A DNA stretch of 64,000 nt from Candidatus Thorarchaeota archaeon SMTZ1-45. GTDB lineage: Archaea; Asgardarchaeota; Thorarchaeia; Thorarchaeales; Thorarchaeaceae. The stretch is from assembly GCA_001563335.1 (NCBI GenBank), contig LRSL01000109.1, positions 60,546 through 124,545 of the forward strand, given 5' to 3'. The position numbers and the translations under genes were made by a program. Under the pieces are notes generated by a model. The model did not search any database and had not been told where the DNA came from. It worked only from the letters and a program-made list of their open reading frames with translations. This document shows, piece after piece, positions 49,304 to 59,763 of the stretch (within the stretch, counting starts at the first letter, position 1; each line of letters starts with the position of its first letter).

Positions 49304-50520
49304 TCCAGAGTTTCCAAGAAGCTTTGTATGCGTGTTTCAATCCGACCGCGGTCACTGAGTTCAGGGTCTAATGGTACTCGGATAGTCTTCACGTCTAATT
49401 CACAGGCAGCTTTCTCTATAGAAGGTGCCTCAAATTGATCAGGATCACAAAAAGACTGTTCACAAACAATGAGACCGTGAATTGAAAAGTTTGCGAGAAG
49501 GCCTTTCATCGCATTCATCCGATATGAGAGACCTTCATGAGTTGGTTCACCAGGTGCTGTTAAGACAGATTTTGCCATTTCCAAGAAATGGTCATCAGAC
49601 TTGGATGGAGGCTTAGTGAACACCGATTTGAATCCAAATGAAAGAAGGTCTATCGCAATGGCAGATTCAGAGAAATCTGGAATCCCATTGATGAGAGAGG
49701 TAATTGCTTGAGGTTCAACCATTCCACCTGCGATGGCGATACGAGGGGTTTCTATATCTTCAGGAAGCTTCACCTTTGAATAATCGCCTTCTAAGATTGC
49801 ATGTCTTACAGATTCTATGATGCTCAAAAGACCCAACTCATCTGCAGTGGTTCGGACCTCTGTTGCAGCCTCCTTGATTTCTGATACTGAGGAGGTAGTT
49901 GGAACAGTCAGAAAGGTTCGAACAAGACGAATAACATTAGAGTAAGAGATGATCTTTGGATTGACTACCCTGGCTGAATAGAGAAATTGGGCACTATTTC
50001 GAAAATCTTGCACCAATTCGATTGCTCCATCATAACTTTCTGTAAGAAATGGTCGATTATATGTTCTAGAGAGCGTTTCACTAAGAAGTCTAATTTCTTC
50101 AGCCAAAAAATTGGTAGTTGATTCATCCTGACTGTACCTAGTAACAGGATAGGTCAATCGCAGAACTCTATCATCATGAAAACGGACTCGCCATACATCA
50201 CCGAGATTCTGAAGGGCATCACATGTGTTTCCAGGGAATAATAATCCAGCAAGAGTAAGAAACTGACCGTTTGCACGTTGACTATAGAGGTTTCTTATGT
50301 ATGAGCATGCAAAGGTCTGTAGACTCTCTTCATATCCACTTGAAACTCCAGGCAGTGCACGGATAAGGGATGGCGTGAAACCATGTGCCATAAAAAGCTC
50401 TAGCGGGACATGAGGATAGATGTAGCCGATTATCTCCTCGCCTGATTCCATAAGCTCTTTCAGTCCCGCTGCTGATTGCTCAATCACTCCTTCATAACTC
50501 AAGTTGGATTCCTCTCTCAC
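49300..50520 (-). CDS. 2-hydroxyacyl-CoA dehydratase subunit (HgdB/HadC/BcrC family)
   Basis: P.EL..A.G, LQTFACSY, TCD, FCDP, TRIQSFLE. Confidence 0.85.
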   Translation of the reverse strand: MREESNLSYEGVIEQSAAGLKELMESGEEIIGYIYPHVPLELFMAHGFTPSLIRALPGVSSGYEESLQTFACSYIRNLYSQRANGQFLTLAGLLFPGNTCDALQNLGDVWRVRFHDDRVLRLTYPVTRYSQDESTTNFLAEEIRLLSETLSRTYNRPFLTESYDGAIELVQDFRNSAQFLYSARVVNPKIISYSNVIRLVRTFLTVPTTSSVSEIKEAATEVRTTADELGLLSIIESVRHAILEGDYSKVKLPEDIETPRIAIAGGMVEPQAITSLINGIPDFSESAIAIDLLSFGFKSVFTKPPSKSDDHFLEMAKSVLTAPGEPTHEGLSYRMNAMKGLLANFSIHGLIVCEQSFCDPDQFEAPSIEKAACELDVKTIRVPLDPELSDRGRIETRIQSFLETLE

Positions 50521-50700
50521 AAAGATGTAAATTGATTAGTAATGGAAACCTTTCAACACTCGGTATCTTAATTGTTCCGTTGGAGTTGTCAAAACAGTCA
50601 GTTATGGCTTTTTAGGAACAATAACTATCTTTAGAAGGAAATATGAGTAACCAATGTAGTACAAGAAAATTGTCCTTTGGTCATTAATTGACTGAAGATT

Positions 50701-52470
50701 ATGTACGAGAGAAATGGAGAAAGGAAGAATATGAAAGAAATGTTGTGGCATAAATCAAGATGGCCAGAAACCGTTAGAAAGTCAATGGACTATCCTGAGG
50801 AGCCACTTTTTATGATTTTAGACGAGATCGCTGCGAAACATCCAGAATCGCCCTCTACAATTTATGATGGGATATCTCACTCTTTTGCTGAAGTCAAGAA
50901 TCATGCTGATAGAATTGCTAACTTCTTGTCAAGCAAGGGTATTGGTAAAGGCGACAAAGTAGCAATATTTCTGCCAAACACACCCCACTATCCTCCAATC
51001 TTCTTTGGTATTCTAAAGAGTGGGGCTACTGCTGTCACATGCAATCCATCGTATAAGGCAAATGAACTGAATTTCCAACTGAAGGACTCTGGAGCAAAAG
51101 CTATATTCGTTTTTGACCATCCATCCTTCACACCAACCTCCTATGAGGCGATGAAAGGTACTGATGTTAAAGTCCATGTGATTTGTAGTATCAAGAGATA
51201 TTTACCGAAAGCGAAAGCGGTTCTTGGTGGCCTCCTAGGGAAAATTCCCAAGGGTGACTACTACGAGGAATTCACAGAATTCTATGATAATATCGTCGAG
51301 CAATACGAGCCCAAAGCTCCCGATTTGTCAATCAAACCAAAAGAGGATCTTGCACTCATTCTCTATACTGGAGGCACGACCGGGACACCGAAAGGTGCGA
51401 TGTTGACTCATTACAACCTCTACAGTAATGTCATGCAGTTTGATGAGTGGGTACAACTTGAACCCAAAGAAGGAGGACCCCCTGAAAAACTGAAACCAGG
51501 GGAAGAGGTATTTGTTGGAGCCTTGCCTTGGTACCACAGCTACGGATTGACACTTACAATGATTGCCTCCTATGTCATGGGAAGCTCATTGATATGTATA
51601 CCTGATCCAAGAGCTGGCAAACCTCCATTGAGTGAACTACTGGCGGACATACAGAAATACAAAGGTACCATTATGCATTGCGTCCCTGCGCTATATGCAG
51701 GGATGGTAAACAATCCAAACGTAGGAAAATATGACCTCTCCAGCCTCAAAGCTTGTGGTTCTGGCGCTGCACCATTACCTCCTGAGCTTTGTAAGCGATT
51801 CGAGGATGTAAGCGGAGCTACACTCTTTGAGGGATATGGTCTGACTGAGACATCACCAATGACCCATGCTAATCCTGCACTCAAGTCTTTGCGGAAGTTT
51901 GGTTCAATAGGAGTTCCGCTCCCAGACACCTATGCCACTATCGTGGACATTGATACTGGCACCAAGGAGCTACAGCCAGGAGAAACTGGTGAGATTGCGA
52001 TTAGTGGACCTCAGGTCATGGCTGGATATTGGAACAAGCCTGATGAAACAGCTGAAGTGATGAGGACCATAGATGGTAAGCGGTATTTCCTTACTGGCGA
52101 TATAGGACATATCGATGAAGATGGTTTCTTTGTGATTTCAGATCGTAAGAAGGATATGATTAATGTTGGAGGTCTGAAGGCATACCCGAGAGAGATTGAG
52201 GACATCTTCTTTGAACATCCTAAGGTGGCAATGGCGGCGGTCATTGGTCTACCAAGGGAAGACGACCCAACAAACGAGTATGTCAAGGCTTACATCGTTC
52301 TGAAAGAGGGCGAAACAGCCACTAAGGAAGAATTTATTGCATGGGCGAAAGAAAAGATGGCGGGCTACAAGCGACCGAGAGAGGTTGTGTTTGTCGATTC
52401 ACTGCCTATGACCCAAGTTGGGAAAGTCCTCAGACGAGAACTGCGTGAGGCTGAACTAGCCAAGAAGTAG
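50701..52470 (+). CDS. fadD: Long-chain fatty acid-CoA ligase
   Basis: YTGGTTGTPKG, EGYGLTE, TGDIG, DRKKDMI, GKVLRR. Confidence 0.9.
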   Translation: MYERNGERKNMKEMLWHKSRWPETVRKSMDYPEEPLFMILDEIAAKHPESPSTIYDGISHSFAEVKNHADRIANFLSSKGIGKGDKVAIFLPNTPHYPPIFFGILKSGATAVTCNPSYKANELNFQLKDSGAKAIFVFDHPSFTPTSYEAMKGTDVKVHVICSIKRYLPKAKAVLGGLLGKIPKGDYYEEFTEFYDNIVEQYEPKAPDLSIKPKEDLALILYTGGTTGTPKGAMLTHYNLYSNVMQFDEWVQLEPKEGGPPEKLKPGEEVFVGALPWYHSYGLTLTMIASYVMGSSLICIPDPRAGKPPLSELLADIQKYKGTIMHCVPALYAGMVNNPNVGKYDLSSLKACGSGAAPLPPELCKRFEDVSGATLFEGYGLTETSPMTHANPALKSLRKFGSIGVPLPDTYATIVDIDTGTKELQPGETGEIAISGPQVMAGYWNKPDETAEVMRTIDGKRYFLTGDIGHIDEDGFFVISDRKKDMINVGGLKAYPREIEDIFFEHPKVAMAAVIGLPREDDPTNEYVKAYIVLKEGETATKEEFIAWAKEKMAGYKRPREVVFVDSLPMTQVGKVLRRELREAELAKK

Positions 52471-52482
52471 AATGACAAGACA

Positions 52483-52520
52483 AAGGGGAGGAATATAACC
52501 TCCCCTTGGCCTTTCTTTTT
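52483..52520 (+). terminator. Hairpin plus U-tract
   Basis: AAGGGGAGG-AATATAA-CCTCCCCTT then GGCCTTTCTTTTT. Confidence 0.7.
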
Positions 52521-52604
52521 CAATATCCAAGAGTTTCCTCAACAAATATCAGGAAGCAAAGCTATACTGGATAGCTAAGTCATGATACTATGATTCGTTA
52601 GGTT

Positions 52605-54371
52605 ATGGAGCTGAGAGAGATGGACGATTTGTATTGGCAAAAGGGAGAAGCCTGGCCTGAAACCGCAGCTAAAACAATAGATTATCCAGAAGAACCGTTG
52701 TTCGCCATGCTGGATAGGTCAGCAGAGAAAAGTGGAAACCTACCATATACTGTGTTCATGGGAAAGACACAGACATACAAGGAGGTCAAGGAGCATTCTG
52801 ACAGAATAGCCAACTTTTTGGCTAGCAAGGGCATCAAGAAAGGTGATAGTGTTGCAATCTTCTTACCTAATGTGCCTCAGTTCCCTGCTATCTTCTTTGG
52901 CATTCTGAAGACTGGAGCAAAGGTTGTGACCTGTAATCCAATGTATAAAGCAGGTGAACTGAACTTCCAGTTGAATGACACTGATTCAAAGATTGTCTTT
53001 GCACTTGATCATCCAACCTTCACACCAACTGCATATGAAGCCATCAAGGGAACGGATGTCCATACAGTCATTGTGTGTAGCGTCAAACCCTTCCTCTCAA
53101 AAGCGAAAGCATTCATTGGAGGGCTTCTCGGTAAGGTCCCAAAGAGCCCATATTATGAAGAAGAAAAGACATTGTTCTATGAGGACATTCTTGCAGAATA
53201 CGAACCCAAACCACCACAGGTCGACATCGACCCAAAAGAAACTGCAGTACTAATCTATACAGGTGGAACAACCGGGACTCCAAAAGGAGCAGAACTCTCT
53301 CATTATAATCTGACATCAAATGTGCTTCAGATAGCTGAGTGGGTCTATATGAAGGAGGAGGATATTGGAAGAGAGGGAGGTGTCAGGTATGAAGAAGAGG
53401 TGTTTGTCGGAGCCATACCATGGTATCACAGTTATGGTATGACACTGAGTATGCTTTCAGCGACCTGGTTTGCAGGACAGCTCGTCGCAATTCCAGATCC
53501 ACGGGCGGGAAAACCACCACTTACAGATCTGTTGAAAGAACTTGAGAGGACAAAGTGCACTGTGTTCAATTGCGTGCCTGCACTCTATGCAGGAATCGCT
53601 AATCATCCAGATGTCAGCAAATATGATTTGTCTGAAATCAGCATATGTGGCTCAGGAGCAGCTCCACTGCCACCTGAGGTAGCTAAGGCATTTGAAGCTG
53701 TAACAGGCGCGTTAGTGTTTGAGGGATATGGCCTCACAGAAACCTCACCAGTGACTCACATCAACCCCACCAACAAAAAGTGCAGGAAGTTCGGATCAAT
53801 TGGGCTTCCATTGTCCGATACCATATGCAAGATTGTTGATATCGAAACTGGAACAAAGGAGATGCCTATTGGAGAGATCGGTGAGATTGCTATCCATGGA
53901 CCCCAGGTATTCTCTGGTTATTGGAGGAAACCAGAAGAAACTGAGAATGTGATGCGCGAGTTTAACGGAAAGCAGTTCTTCCTCACTGGCGATATAGGTT
54001 ACATGGATGAGCTGGGGTATACCTACATCAGTGACAGAAAGAAACAGATGATCAATGTTGGTGGAATGAAAGCATACCCGCGGGAGATTGAAGACGTTCT
54101 GTTCACTCATCCAAAGGTAAAGTTGGCTGCTGCTGTCGGGATACCCCGGGATGATGATCCGAGTAACGAGTTCGTTAAAGCATACATCCAGTTGAAAGAG
54201 GGGGAAACAGCAACACCTGAAGAGTTCATCGAGTGGGCAAGAGATAAGATGGCAGGATACAAGCGGCCAAAAGAGGTAGATATCGTGGAATCACTGCCTC
54301 TGAGTAATATTGGTAAAGTGCTAAGACGTGTGCTTCTAGAGGAGGAACTCAAGAAACGAGGTAAAATGTAA
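52605..54371 (+). CDS. fadD: Long-chain fatty acid-CoA ligase (tandem paralog)
   Basis: Same AMP-binding motifs; collinear with the upstream paralog (shared PDPRAGKPPL insert). Confidence 0.9.
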   Translation: MELREMDDLYWQKGEAWPETAAKTIDYPEEPLFAMLDRSAEKSGNLPYTVFMGKTQTYKEVKEHSDRIANFLASKGIKKGDSVAIFLPNVPQFPAIFFGILKTGAKVVTCNPMYKAGELNFQLNDTDSKIVFALDHPTFTPTAYEAIKGTDVHTVIVCSVKPFLSKAKAFIGGLLGKVPKSPYYEEEKTLFYEDILAEYEPKPPQVDIDPKETAVLIYTGGTTGTPKGAELSHYNLTSNVLQIAEWVYMKEEDIGREGGVRYEEEVFVGAIPWYHSYGMTLSMLSATWFAGQLVAIPDPRAGKPPLTDLLKELERTKCTVFNCVPALYAGIANHPDVSKYDLSEISICGSGAAPLPPEVAKAFEAVTGALVFEGYGLTETSPVTHINPTNKKCRKFGSIGLPLSDTICKIVDIETGTKEMPIGEIGEIAIHGPQVFSGYWRKPEETENVMREFNGKQFFLTGDIGYMDELGYTYISDRKKQMINVGGMKAYPREIEDVLFTHPKVKLAAAVGIPRDDDPSNEFVKAYIQLKEGETATPEEFIEWARDKMAGYKRPKEVDIVESLPLSNIGKVLRRVLLEEELKKRGKM

Positions 54372-54588
54372 AGATGTATTGGTACATTATTAGTCAGATT
54401 CTTGGTTTTAGTCAAAAGAAGTAATCCACTTGAACATTGTCACAGCTAATAGAACGGTTATGTGAAGTTTTAGAAAACCAGATTTCGAATATTCTGAGAT
54501 AGATTGGAAACTCTTCATCTCATCTTACCTTTGATTTATTAGGAAGCATTGACTTAGATTATGGTTCACCAAAAACAAACGATTAGAG

Positions 54589-55233
54589 GTGAATTCATTG
54601 TCTCCGTCATGGAAAAGAATTGGAGCATATCTTGGAATACTCGGTGGAATAATCTTCGTGGTTGTCACGTTCATTGCAATGCTGACATATCCAGGGGGGT
54701 ACTCTTTCCTAGAGAACTCATTTAGTGCACTGGGGCAAACGGTGATTAATAGCATACCATCAATGTTGAACTACTTCCTGTTTGTGACTGCTTGTACAGG
54801 CGCCGCTGTCTGTTTAGTACCATTTCTCTTCGCGATGCGTACACTATTTACAGAAACTACAGGACTCAAAGCTTTGAGCTGGTTGGGAACCCTTTTGTGT
54901 CTTGGTGCAGCACCTAATCTCTCAGCACTGGCAATCTTTGCAGGAAATGTCTTTCCCGATATTCACGGGAACACAACAAGGCTCTTCTTCATACTCATAA
55001 TGCTTGGGATTCTTTGCTATTCGATTGCAATACTCATGAAGAGTGAGTATGAGAACATCTACGCATTGATTGGACTCATTGTAGTAGTAATCTGTGTTCT
55101 TCACATAGTAGCAATGTTTGGAATAGCATCAGATCTATTTGGAACTGCACTTTGGCAAAAAGTTGCAGTCTATGGTTTAGTGCTATGGTCAGTTTTCCAG
55201 GGCTATAAACTCTTGAAAGTATTTGAACAATGA
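54589..55233 (+). CDS. DUF998-like membrane protein
   Basis: YPGGYSF..N.FS.LG, H in TM, WQK. Confidence 0.7.
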   Translation: MNSLSPSWKRIGAYLGILGGIIFVVVTFIAMLTYPGGYSFLENSFSALGQTVINSIPSMLNYFLFVTACTGAAVCLVPFLFAMRTLFTETTGLKALSWLGTLLCLGAAPNLSALAIFAGNVFPDIHGNTTRLFFILIMLGILCYSIAILMKSEYENIYALIGLIVVVICVLHIVAMFGIASDLFGTALWQKVAVYGLVLWSVFQGYKLLKVFEQ

Positions 55234-55244
55234 AATCAAAGAAA

Positions 55245-55266
55245 CTGGGGAGGCGGTCTTCCCCAG
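55245..55266. terminator. Hairpin between convergent genes
   Basis: CTGGGGAGG-CGGT-CTTCCCCAG. Confidence 0.6.
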
Positions 55267-55273
55267 ATATTTC

Positions 55274-56062
55274 TTAGATGTTCTCAAGTGTTGCTCGCAT
55301 AGTTGCGCCACAGTATCCACATTGAGCTTCCAAGGGTCCAGTCCAATCAACACTCTCATGAGAGATTTGTGCACCACAGGATGGACATTCTACAGGTAAA
55401 CGAACTGTTGTGGTCCTACTGCCATGAGTTTGAATACTCCCTTGGTGTCTTTCAGGTATGACATGCACTGGAGCTTCCACAGAAATAGTGTCCATCATTC
55501 TCTGTGGTGCGCGACGAGAACGACGAACTAAAATCAAACACAAGAAAACAGGGATCATAATTGCTAAAATGGCAAATAACATCATTAACTCAAAGAATGA
55601 TAGAGATTCAAAGAATCCTGGAATATGCGCGTCATCATACACACCGATACGATAGAATCCACTTGTGTCAGAATAAACAGAGTTCTCAGACACCAGAATA
55701 TACACTGTACTGTCAGATGCTAATTCAAAGTCAACACGAGGGTAGTTCCCATAATCTGTCCCACTCTCTGCAATCACATTGGTATATCCACTATCTGTTG
55801 CAACAGTAATCTTCACTTCCAAGTCCCAAAACGAGTCTGAATTGACAACTACAGTCCAGTGACCAGATTCCAAGTCTGCAACGTAGCTATTTGAATCTCC
55901 ACCCCATACGTATTCATCTTCTCTGGTAATATTGGCAACCAGACTGGTCTGTGCAGACACGGTTTTTATCAAGATGAATAGAGATACTATGATGAGAGTC
56001 ATTAGAACTGCTTGTCTTCTACGCATTTGTTTGTCTTCCTCAAAATTGCGTATGCAATGCAT
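55274..56062 (-). CDS. Single-pass membrane protein with exodomain and cytoplasmic zinc ribbon
   Basis: Signal peptide, beta-rich domain, TM followed by RRSRR, C-terminal CPSC...CGYC. Confidence 0.78.
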   Translation of the reverse strand: MHCIRNFEEDKQMRRRQAVLMTLIIVSLFILIKTVSAQTSLVANITREDEYVWGGDSNSYVADLESGHWTVVVNSDSFWDLEVKITVATDSGYTNVIAESGTDYGNYPRVDFELASDSTVYILVSENSVYSDTSGFYRIGVYDDAHIPGFFESLSFFELMMLFAILAIMIPVFLCLILVRRSRRAPQRMMDTISVEAPVHVIPERHQGSIQTHGSRTTTVRLPVECPSCGAQISHESVDWTGPLEAQCGYCGATMRATLENI

Positions 56063-56169
56063 GATATTAGATTTATTAGAACAAAGGATACAAGGAGGGA
56101 GGAAAGGAAGATAGTGAGTAGAGATGCTCAGGAATCAGGACCCACATAGATACCATGCAGGGTGGACAT

Positions 56170-56697
56170 CTATAATGATTTGCCTGAACCTGATTCCTTG
56201 TGCTGTTTTCCAAGTTCTATATACAGCTCAGCACCAGCTTTGAAAGCCTCCTTCATCGAGTCTGTGACTTCCTTGACAACCTTGCCAGGAATACCAAGGA
56301 CCAAACTTCCATCAGGAATTACTTTCCCCTCTGTCACAACTGAACCAGCCCCAATGACGCAGTCTTTGCCAACCTTTGCACCATCTAGGACTATCGCACC
56401 CATTCCAATGACTGTTCGGTCACCAATCTCGCATGCATGCAAGACACTATTGTGACCAGCAGTGACATAATCTCCAATTATGGTTGCATGCATGAAAGTC
56501 GTGTGCACTGTACAGTTGTCTTGGATTGAAGTTCCTTTTCCTACACGAATGAAGTTCAGATCTGCTCTTATTACCGCAGACTCCCAAATGCTGGAATCAG
56601 CTCCAATCTCAACATCTCCAATAAGATTTGCGCGAGGAGATACATAGGCGTCAGGATCGACTTTTGGTGTTTTACCATTGAACTCGTGAAGTCCCAT
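56170..56697 (-). CDS. Gamma-carbonic anhydrase family protein (YrdA/PaaY-like)
   Basis: IGDVEIG, IRAD, IQDNCTVH, GH..VLH.C hexapeptide repeats; ATG at 56697. Confidence 0.9.
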   Translation of the reverse strand: MGLHEFNGKTPKVDPDAYVSPRANLIGDVEIGADSSIWESAVIRADLNFIRVGKGTSIQDNCTVHTTFMHATIIGDYVTAGHNSVLHACEIGDRTVIGMGAIVLDGAKVGKDCVIGAGSVVTEGKVIPDGSLVLGIPGKVVKEVTDSMKEAFKAGAELYIELGKQHKESGSGKSL

Positions 56698-56785
56698 TCT
56701 TTGCACCTTGGCTGAGGAGTACAATGTTTCTTCTTTAAGCATATTGAAATATGACTGAACTAGTCGTATCATGAGATAAGTCAAA

Positions 56786-57373
56786 ATGCCCATCACACCA
56801 CTCCATTATCCTCTTGCATTTGCATTGTCTAAGACTAACAAGAAACTTCTACTACCTGGAGTGGTCGTTGGGGCAGTTATACCAGACATTGAAGTTCCCT
56901 TCATGTGGATTTTCTTCAATGACTTGCCAGACCATCTCATCCTCCATAGTCTAGTAGGAGCTGTTACGGTCGGTACACTCCTTGCAGTTGTCGTCACTTG
57001 GTTGTTTTACCCTCCGATTATATCCACGATTTTTAGAGTGAACAAAGATGAACTGATGGAGGTGTGCACTCCTTCGGCCATGCTGTTTCTCTCCTGTTTA
57101 ATCGGTGTTCTCTCGCACCTCCTACTAGACTATCCTATGCATTGGTTCAATCCAATCTTGTGGCCATGGGTGAATCCTTACGATGTTGTAGGACCGTTGG
57201 TTCTATTCTTTGCACCCTTTGGACCCATCAACAGAACTGCATTTTGGATGGCGAACAGACTCACGAGTGCAATCATGATACTTGCATGGATTCCAATACT
57301 GGTCTACTATCAAAATAATGACTTATGGACTAATCACTGGCTTGGAGGATCCAGATTGGAACCATCTCAGTGA
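56786..57373 (+). CDS. DUF4184-like / membrane-bound metal-dependent hydrolase
   Basis: P.TPLH, PDIE, HS, SHLLLD..MH. Confidence 0.7.
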   Translation: MPITPLHYPLAFALSKTNKKLLLPGVVVGAVIPDIEVPFMWIFFNDLPDHLILHSLVGAVTVGTLLAVVVTWLFYPPIISTIFRVNKDELMEVCTPSAMLFLSCLIGVLSHLLLDYPMHWFNPILWPWVNPYDVVGPLVLFFAPFGPINRTAFWMANRLTSAIMILAWIPILVYYQNNDLWTNHWLGGSRLEPSQ

Positions 57374-58305
57374 AAGGGAATAAACCACTCTTCAAGAGAG
57401 ATATAGGACTGTGTATCAAGGACACTCTCATTCTCGTATAACTTTCGAAGGAATTTGTTGAATGCTTCAATGCTTTCAGTTCGCACAATAGCAAATAGTG
57501 TGTAGTCTTCACTAGTCCGATAGAGATTCCACACCTCATCCATATCTGCTAACTCTTGGGCAGTTTCACCCGAAGCCCCTGGTGAAACCTTAACTCTGAC
57601 GAAGAACTTCACTGGTAGACCAAGGTAGCTATAATCTACATCAATCGAGTATCCAACTATTGCTCTTTTGATCAGGAGTTTTTCCATTGCCTTAGAAACA
57701 GCAGGTTGACTCATAGGCGGTTTCATTCTTTTTCCAATTGCTTCTTGTGTTAAAGGAAATGGTTCGTTAGAGGTGGGCTTTTGACGATGTATTATACTAA
57801 GAAGAGAAAGTTCCTTGGGAGAGAGATTCGATTCAGTGGATTCTTTGGGCACAATCTTGAATCGATTCTTCTTGTATGTGGTGAGAATTTGGACTAGATT
57901 GTATTTACCCGCTCCTGAGCTTGCTACTACACTCTCCACTCTATCAAGTAAGTCTTCAAATGCTCCATGACTATCGAATCTAAAGAACCCAATTAGCGAG
58001 AAATCACCAGCTATGCCATCCAATGATTCAAGTTCCTCTAATTGAAGGACTTTCTTGCTGACATCTTGTTCTCGAGGGTTGCTTTTCATGAATAGAATTG
58101 TATCTCTTGCTGCCTTGACTTGTGCAGGATCAACAATTGTTGTGTAACTACGAATTACACCATTTTTCACAAGACCTCTTATTTTACGCGACACCCAGTT
58201 TCGACTCTTTCCAAGTACTTGTCCAATCACAGAGGGAGTATATCGTGAGTTTTGTATCAGCACTTCTAGGAGGTTTTGTTCTGCCTCTGAGAGTTTGGAT
58301 TGCAT
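57367..58305 (-). CDS. Tandem Lrp/AsnC family regulator divergent from ahcY
   Basis: Two HTH+RAM(AsnC) modules; start uncertain (58305 or 58329). Confidence 0.82.
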   Translation of the reverse strand: MQSKLSEAEQNLLEVLIQNSRYTPSVIGQVLGKSRNWVSRKIRGLVKNGVIRSYTTIVDPAQVKAARDTILFMKSNPREQDVSKKVLQLEELESLDGIAGDFSLIGFFRFDSHGAFEDLLDRVESVVASSGAGKYNLVQILTTYKKNRFKIVPKESTESNLSPKELSLLSIIHRQKPTSNEPFPLTQEAIGKRMKPPMSQPAVSKAMEKLLIKRAIVGYSIDVDYSYLGLPVKFFVRVKVSPGASGETAQELADMDEVWNLYRTSEDYTLFAIVRTESIEAFNKFLRKLYENESVLDTQSYISLEEWFIPFH

Positions 58306-58392
58306 GTTTTTCACTTGTTTTTGGTGCATCTCATTCTAAAGTGCTATGTAGTATTCATATACATTATGGTTTCAGGGCAAGTTGTGATTCAG

Positions 58393-59652
58393 ATGACTGA
58401 TTATAAGGTCAAAGATATTGGTCTTGCTGAAGAAGGCAGGATGTTAATCGACTATGCAGAGAAACATATGCCTGTTCTGATGCATTTGAGAAAGAAATAT
58501 GCAAAGTCGCAACCTCTCAAGGGAATGAGGATTGCAGGATGTCTTCATGTGACAAAGGAAACTGCAGTGCTTGTAGAAACCTTACGAGCTGCTGGTGCTG
58601 ATGTATCATGGTCTGGTTGTAATCCCCTATCGACAAATGATAAAGTGGCAGCTGGACTTGCTGCAAATGATGTACCAATCTTCGCCTGGCACAACCTGAA
58701 CAATGAGGAGTACTACTGGTGTATTGAGCAGACACTCAAGTCTGAGCCGACACTGACTCTTGATGATGGCGCAGACCTCATTTTCACTCTCCACAACAAA
58801 CATCAGGAATTGATACCCAATCTCTATGGTGGATCTGAGGAAACTACGACTGGAGTTATTCGCGTTCGTGCTATGGCTGAGGATGGGGCTCTGAAGTATC
58901 CAATCATGGCGGTGAATGATGCTGACACAAAGCATCTATTCGATAATGTTTACGGGACTGGACAGAGTGTCTTTGATGGAGTGATGAGAGCCTCTGCAAT
59001 CCTGATTGCTGGAAAGACCGTGGTGATTGGCGGCTATGGATACTGCGGTCGTGGAATGGCTGAGCGAGCAAGAGGCCTTGGTGCCAATGTGATTGTCACA
59101 GAGGTTGACCCAGTTCGTGGGTTGCAAGCAAGAATGGACGGTTTCAGAGTGATGCCAATGATTGAAGCTGCTCCAGAGGGAGACCTGTTTCTCACTGCTA
59201 CTGGGATGAAGGATGTCATCACAGGCGAACATATGAAGGTCATGAAGGATGGTGCAATGTTTGGTAATGCGGGGCATTACAATGTCGAAATCAACGAACC
59301 AGACCTGATTGCACTCAGCGAAGGTCCCAAAAAGAGAGTACGCCACGCTCTTGATGAGTACAAGTTGAAGGACGGTCGTAGACTCTACCTCTTGGGTGAA
59401 GGTCGATTGGTGAACCTAACCGCTGCAGAGGGGCATCCAAGTGAGGTCATGGACTTGTCATTTGCGTCTCAACTCAATGCTATGATCTGGATGACCAAGA
59501 ATGGAAAGGACCTCAAACCAGCAGTGTATGAGTTTCCAAAGGAGCTTGACAACGAAACCGCATTTGCCAAGCTAGAAACTATGGGTATCTCCATAGACAA
59601 ATGGACTGAGGAACAGGAACGTTATGCTCGGGCATATGCAGAGGGCACATAG
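58393..59652 (+). CDS. ahcY: Adenosylhomocysteinase (SAH hydrolase)
   Basis: GCLHVT.ET, CNPLST, LDDGAD, EETTTG, K.LFDN.YGTGQS, GRLVNL...GHP. Confidence 0.97.
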   Translation: MTDYKVKDIGLAEEGRMLIDYAEKHMPVLMHLRKKYAKSQPLKGMRIAGCLHVTKETAVLVETLRAAGADVSWSGCNPLSTNDKVAAGLAANDVPIFAWHNLNNEEYYWCIEQTLKSEPTLTLDDGADLIFTLHNKHQELIPNLYGGSEETTTGVIRVRAMAEDGALKYPIMAVNDADTKHLFDNVYGTGQSVFDGVMRASAILIAGKTVVIGGYGYCGRGMAERARGLGANVIVTEVDPVRGLQARMDGFRVMPMIEAAPEGDLFLTATGMKDVITGEHMKVMKDGAMFGNAGHYNVEINEPDLIALSEGPKKRVRHALDEYKLKDGRRLYLLGEGRLVNLTAAEGHPSEVMDLSFASQLNAMIWMTKNGKDLKPAVYEFPKELDNETAFAKLETMGISIDKWTEEQERYARAYAEGT

Positions 59653-59661
59653 GTTAGATAT

Positions 59662-59696
59662 TGAAGAGGTTTCGTTTGCCTCTTCACCTTTATTTT
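59662..59696 (+). terminator. Hairpin plus U-rich tract after ahcY
   Basis: TGAAGAGG...CCTCTTCA then CCTTTATTTT. Confidence 0.65.
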
Positions 59697-59763
59697 AAGA
59701 TATAAACCAATGATAAGCCTTAGAGTAAATAGTCCTAAGTTGAGATGAAACGAGACGTGATTT

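Noticed and set aside
47269-50520. Class I benzoyl-CoA reductase
   Set aside because: Only one activator ATPase gene is present and there are no dienoyl-CoA hydratase or ring-cleavage genes nearby. A dehydratase-type system is more parsimonious, though a reductase is not excluded.
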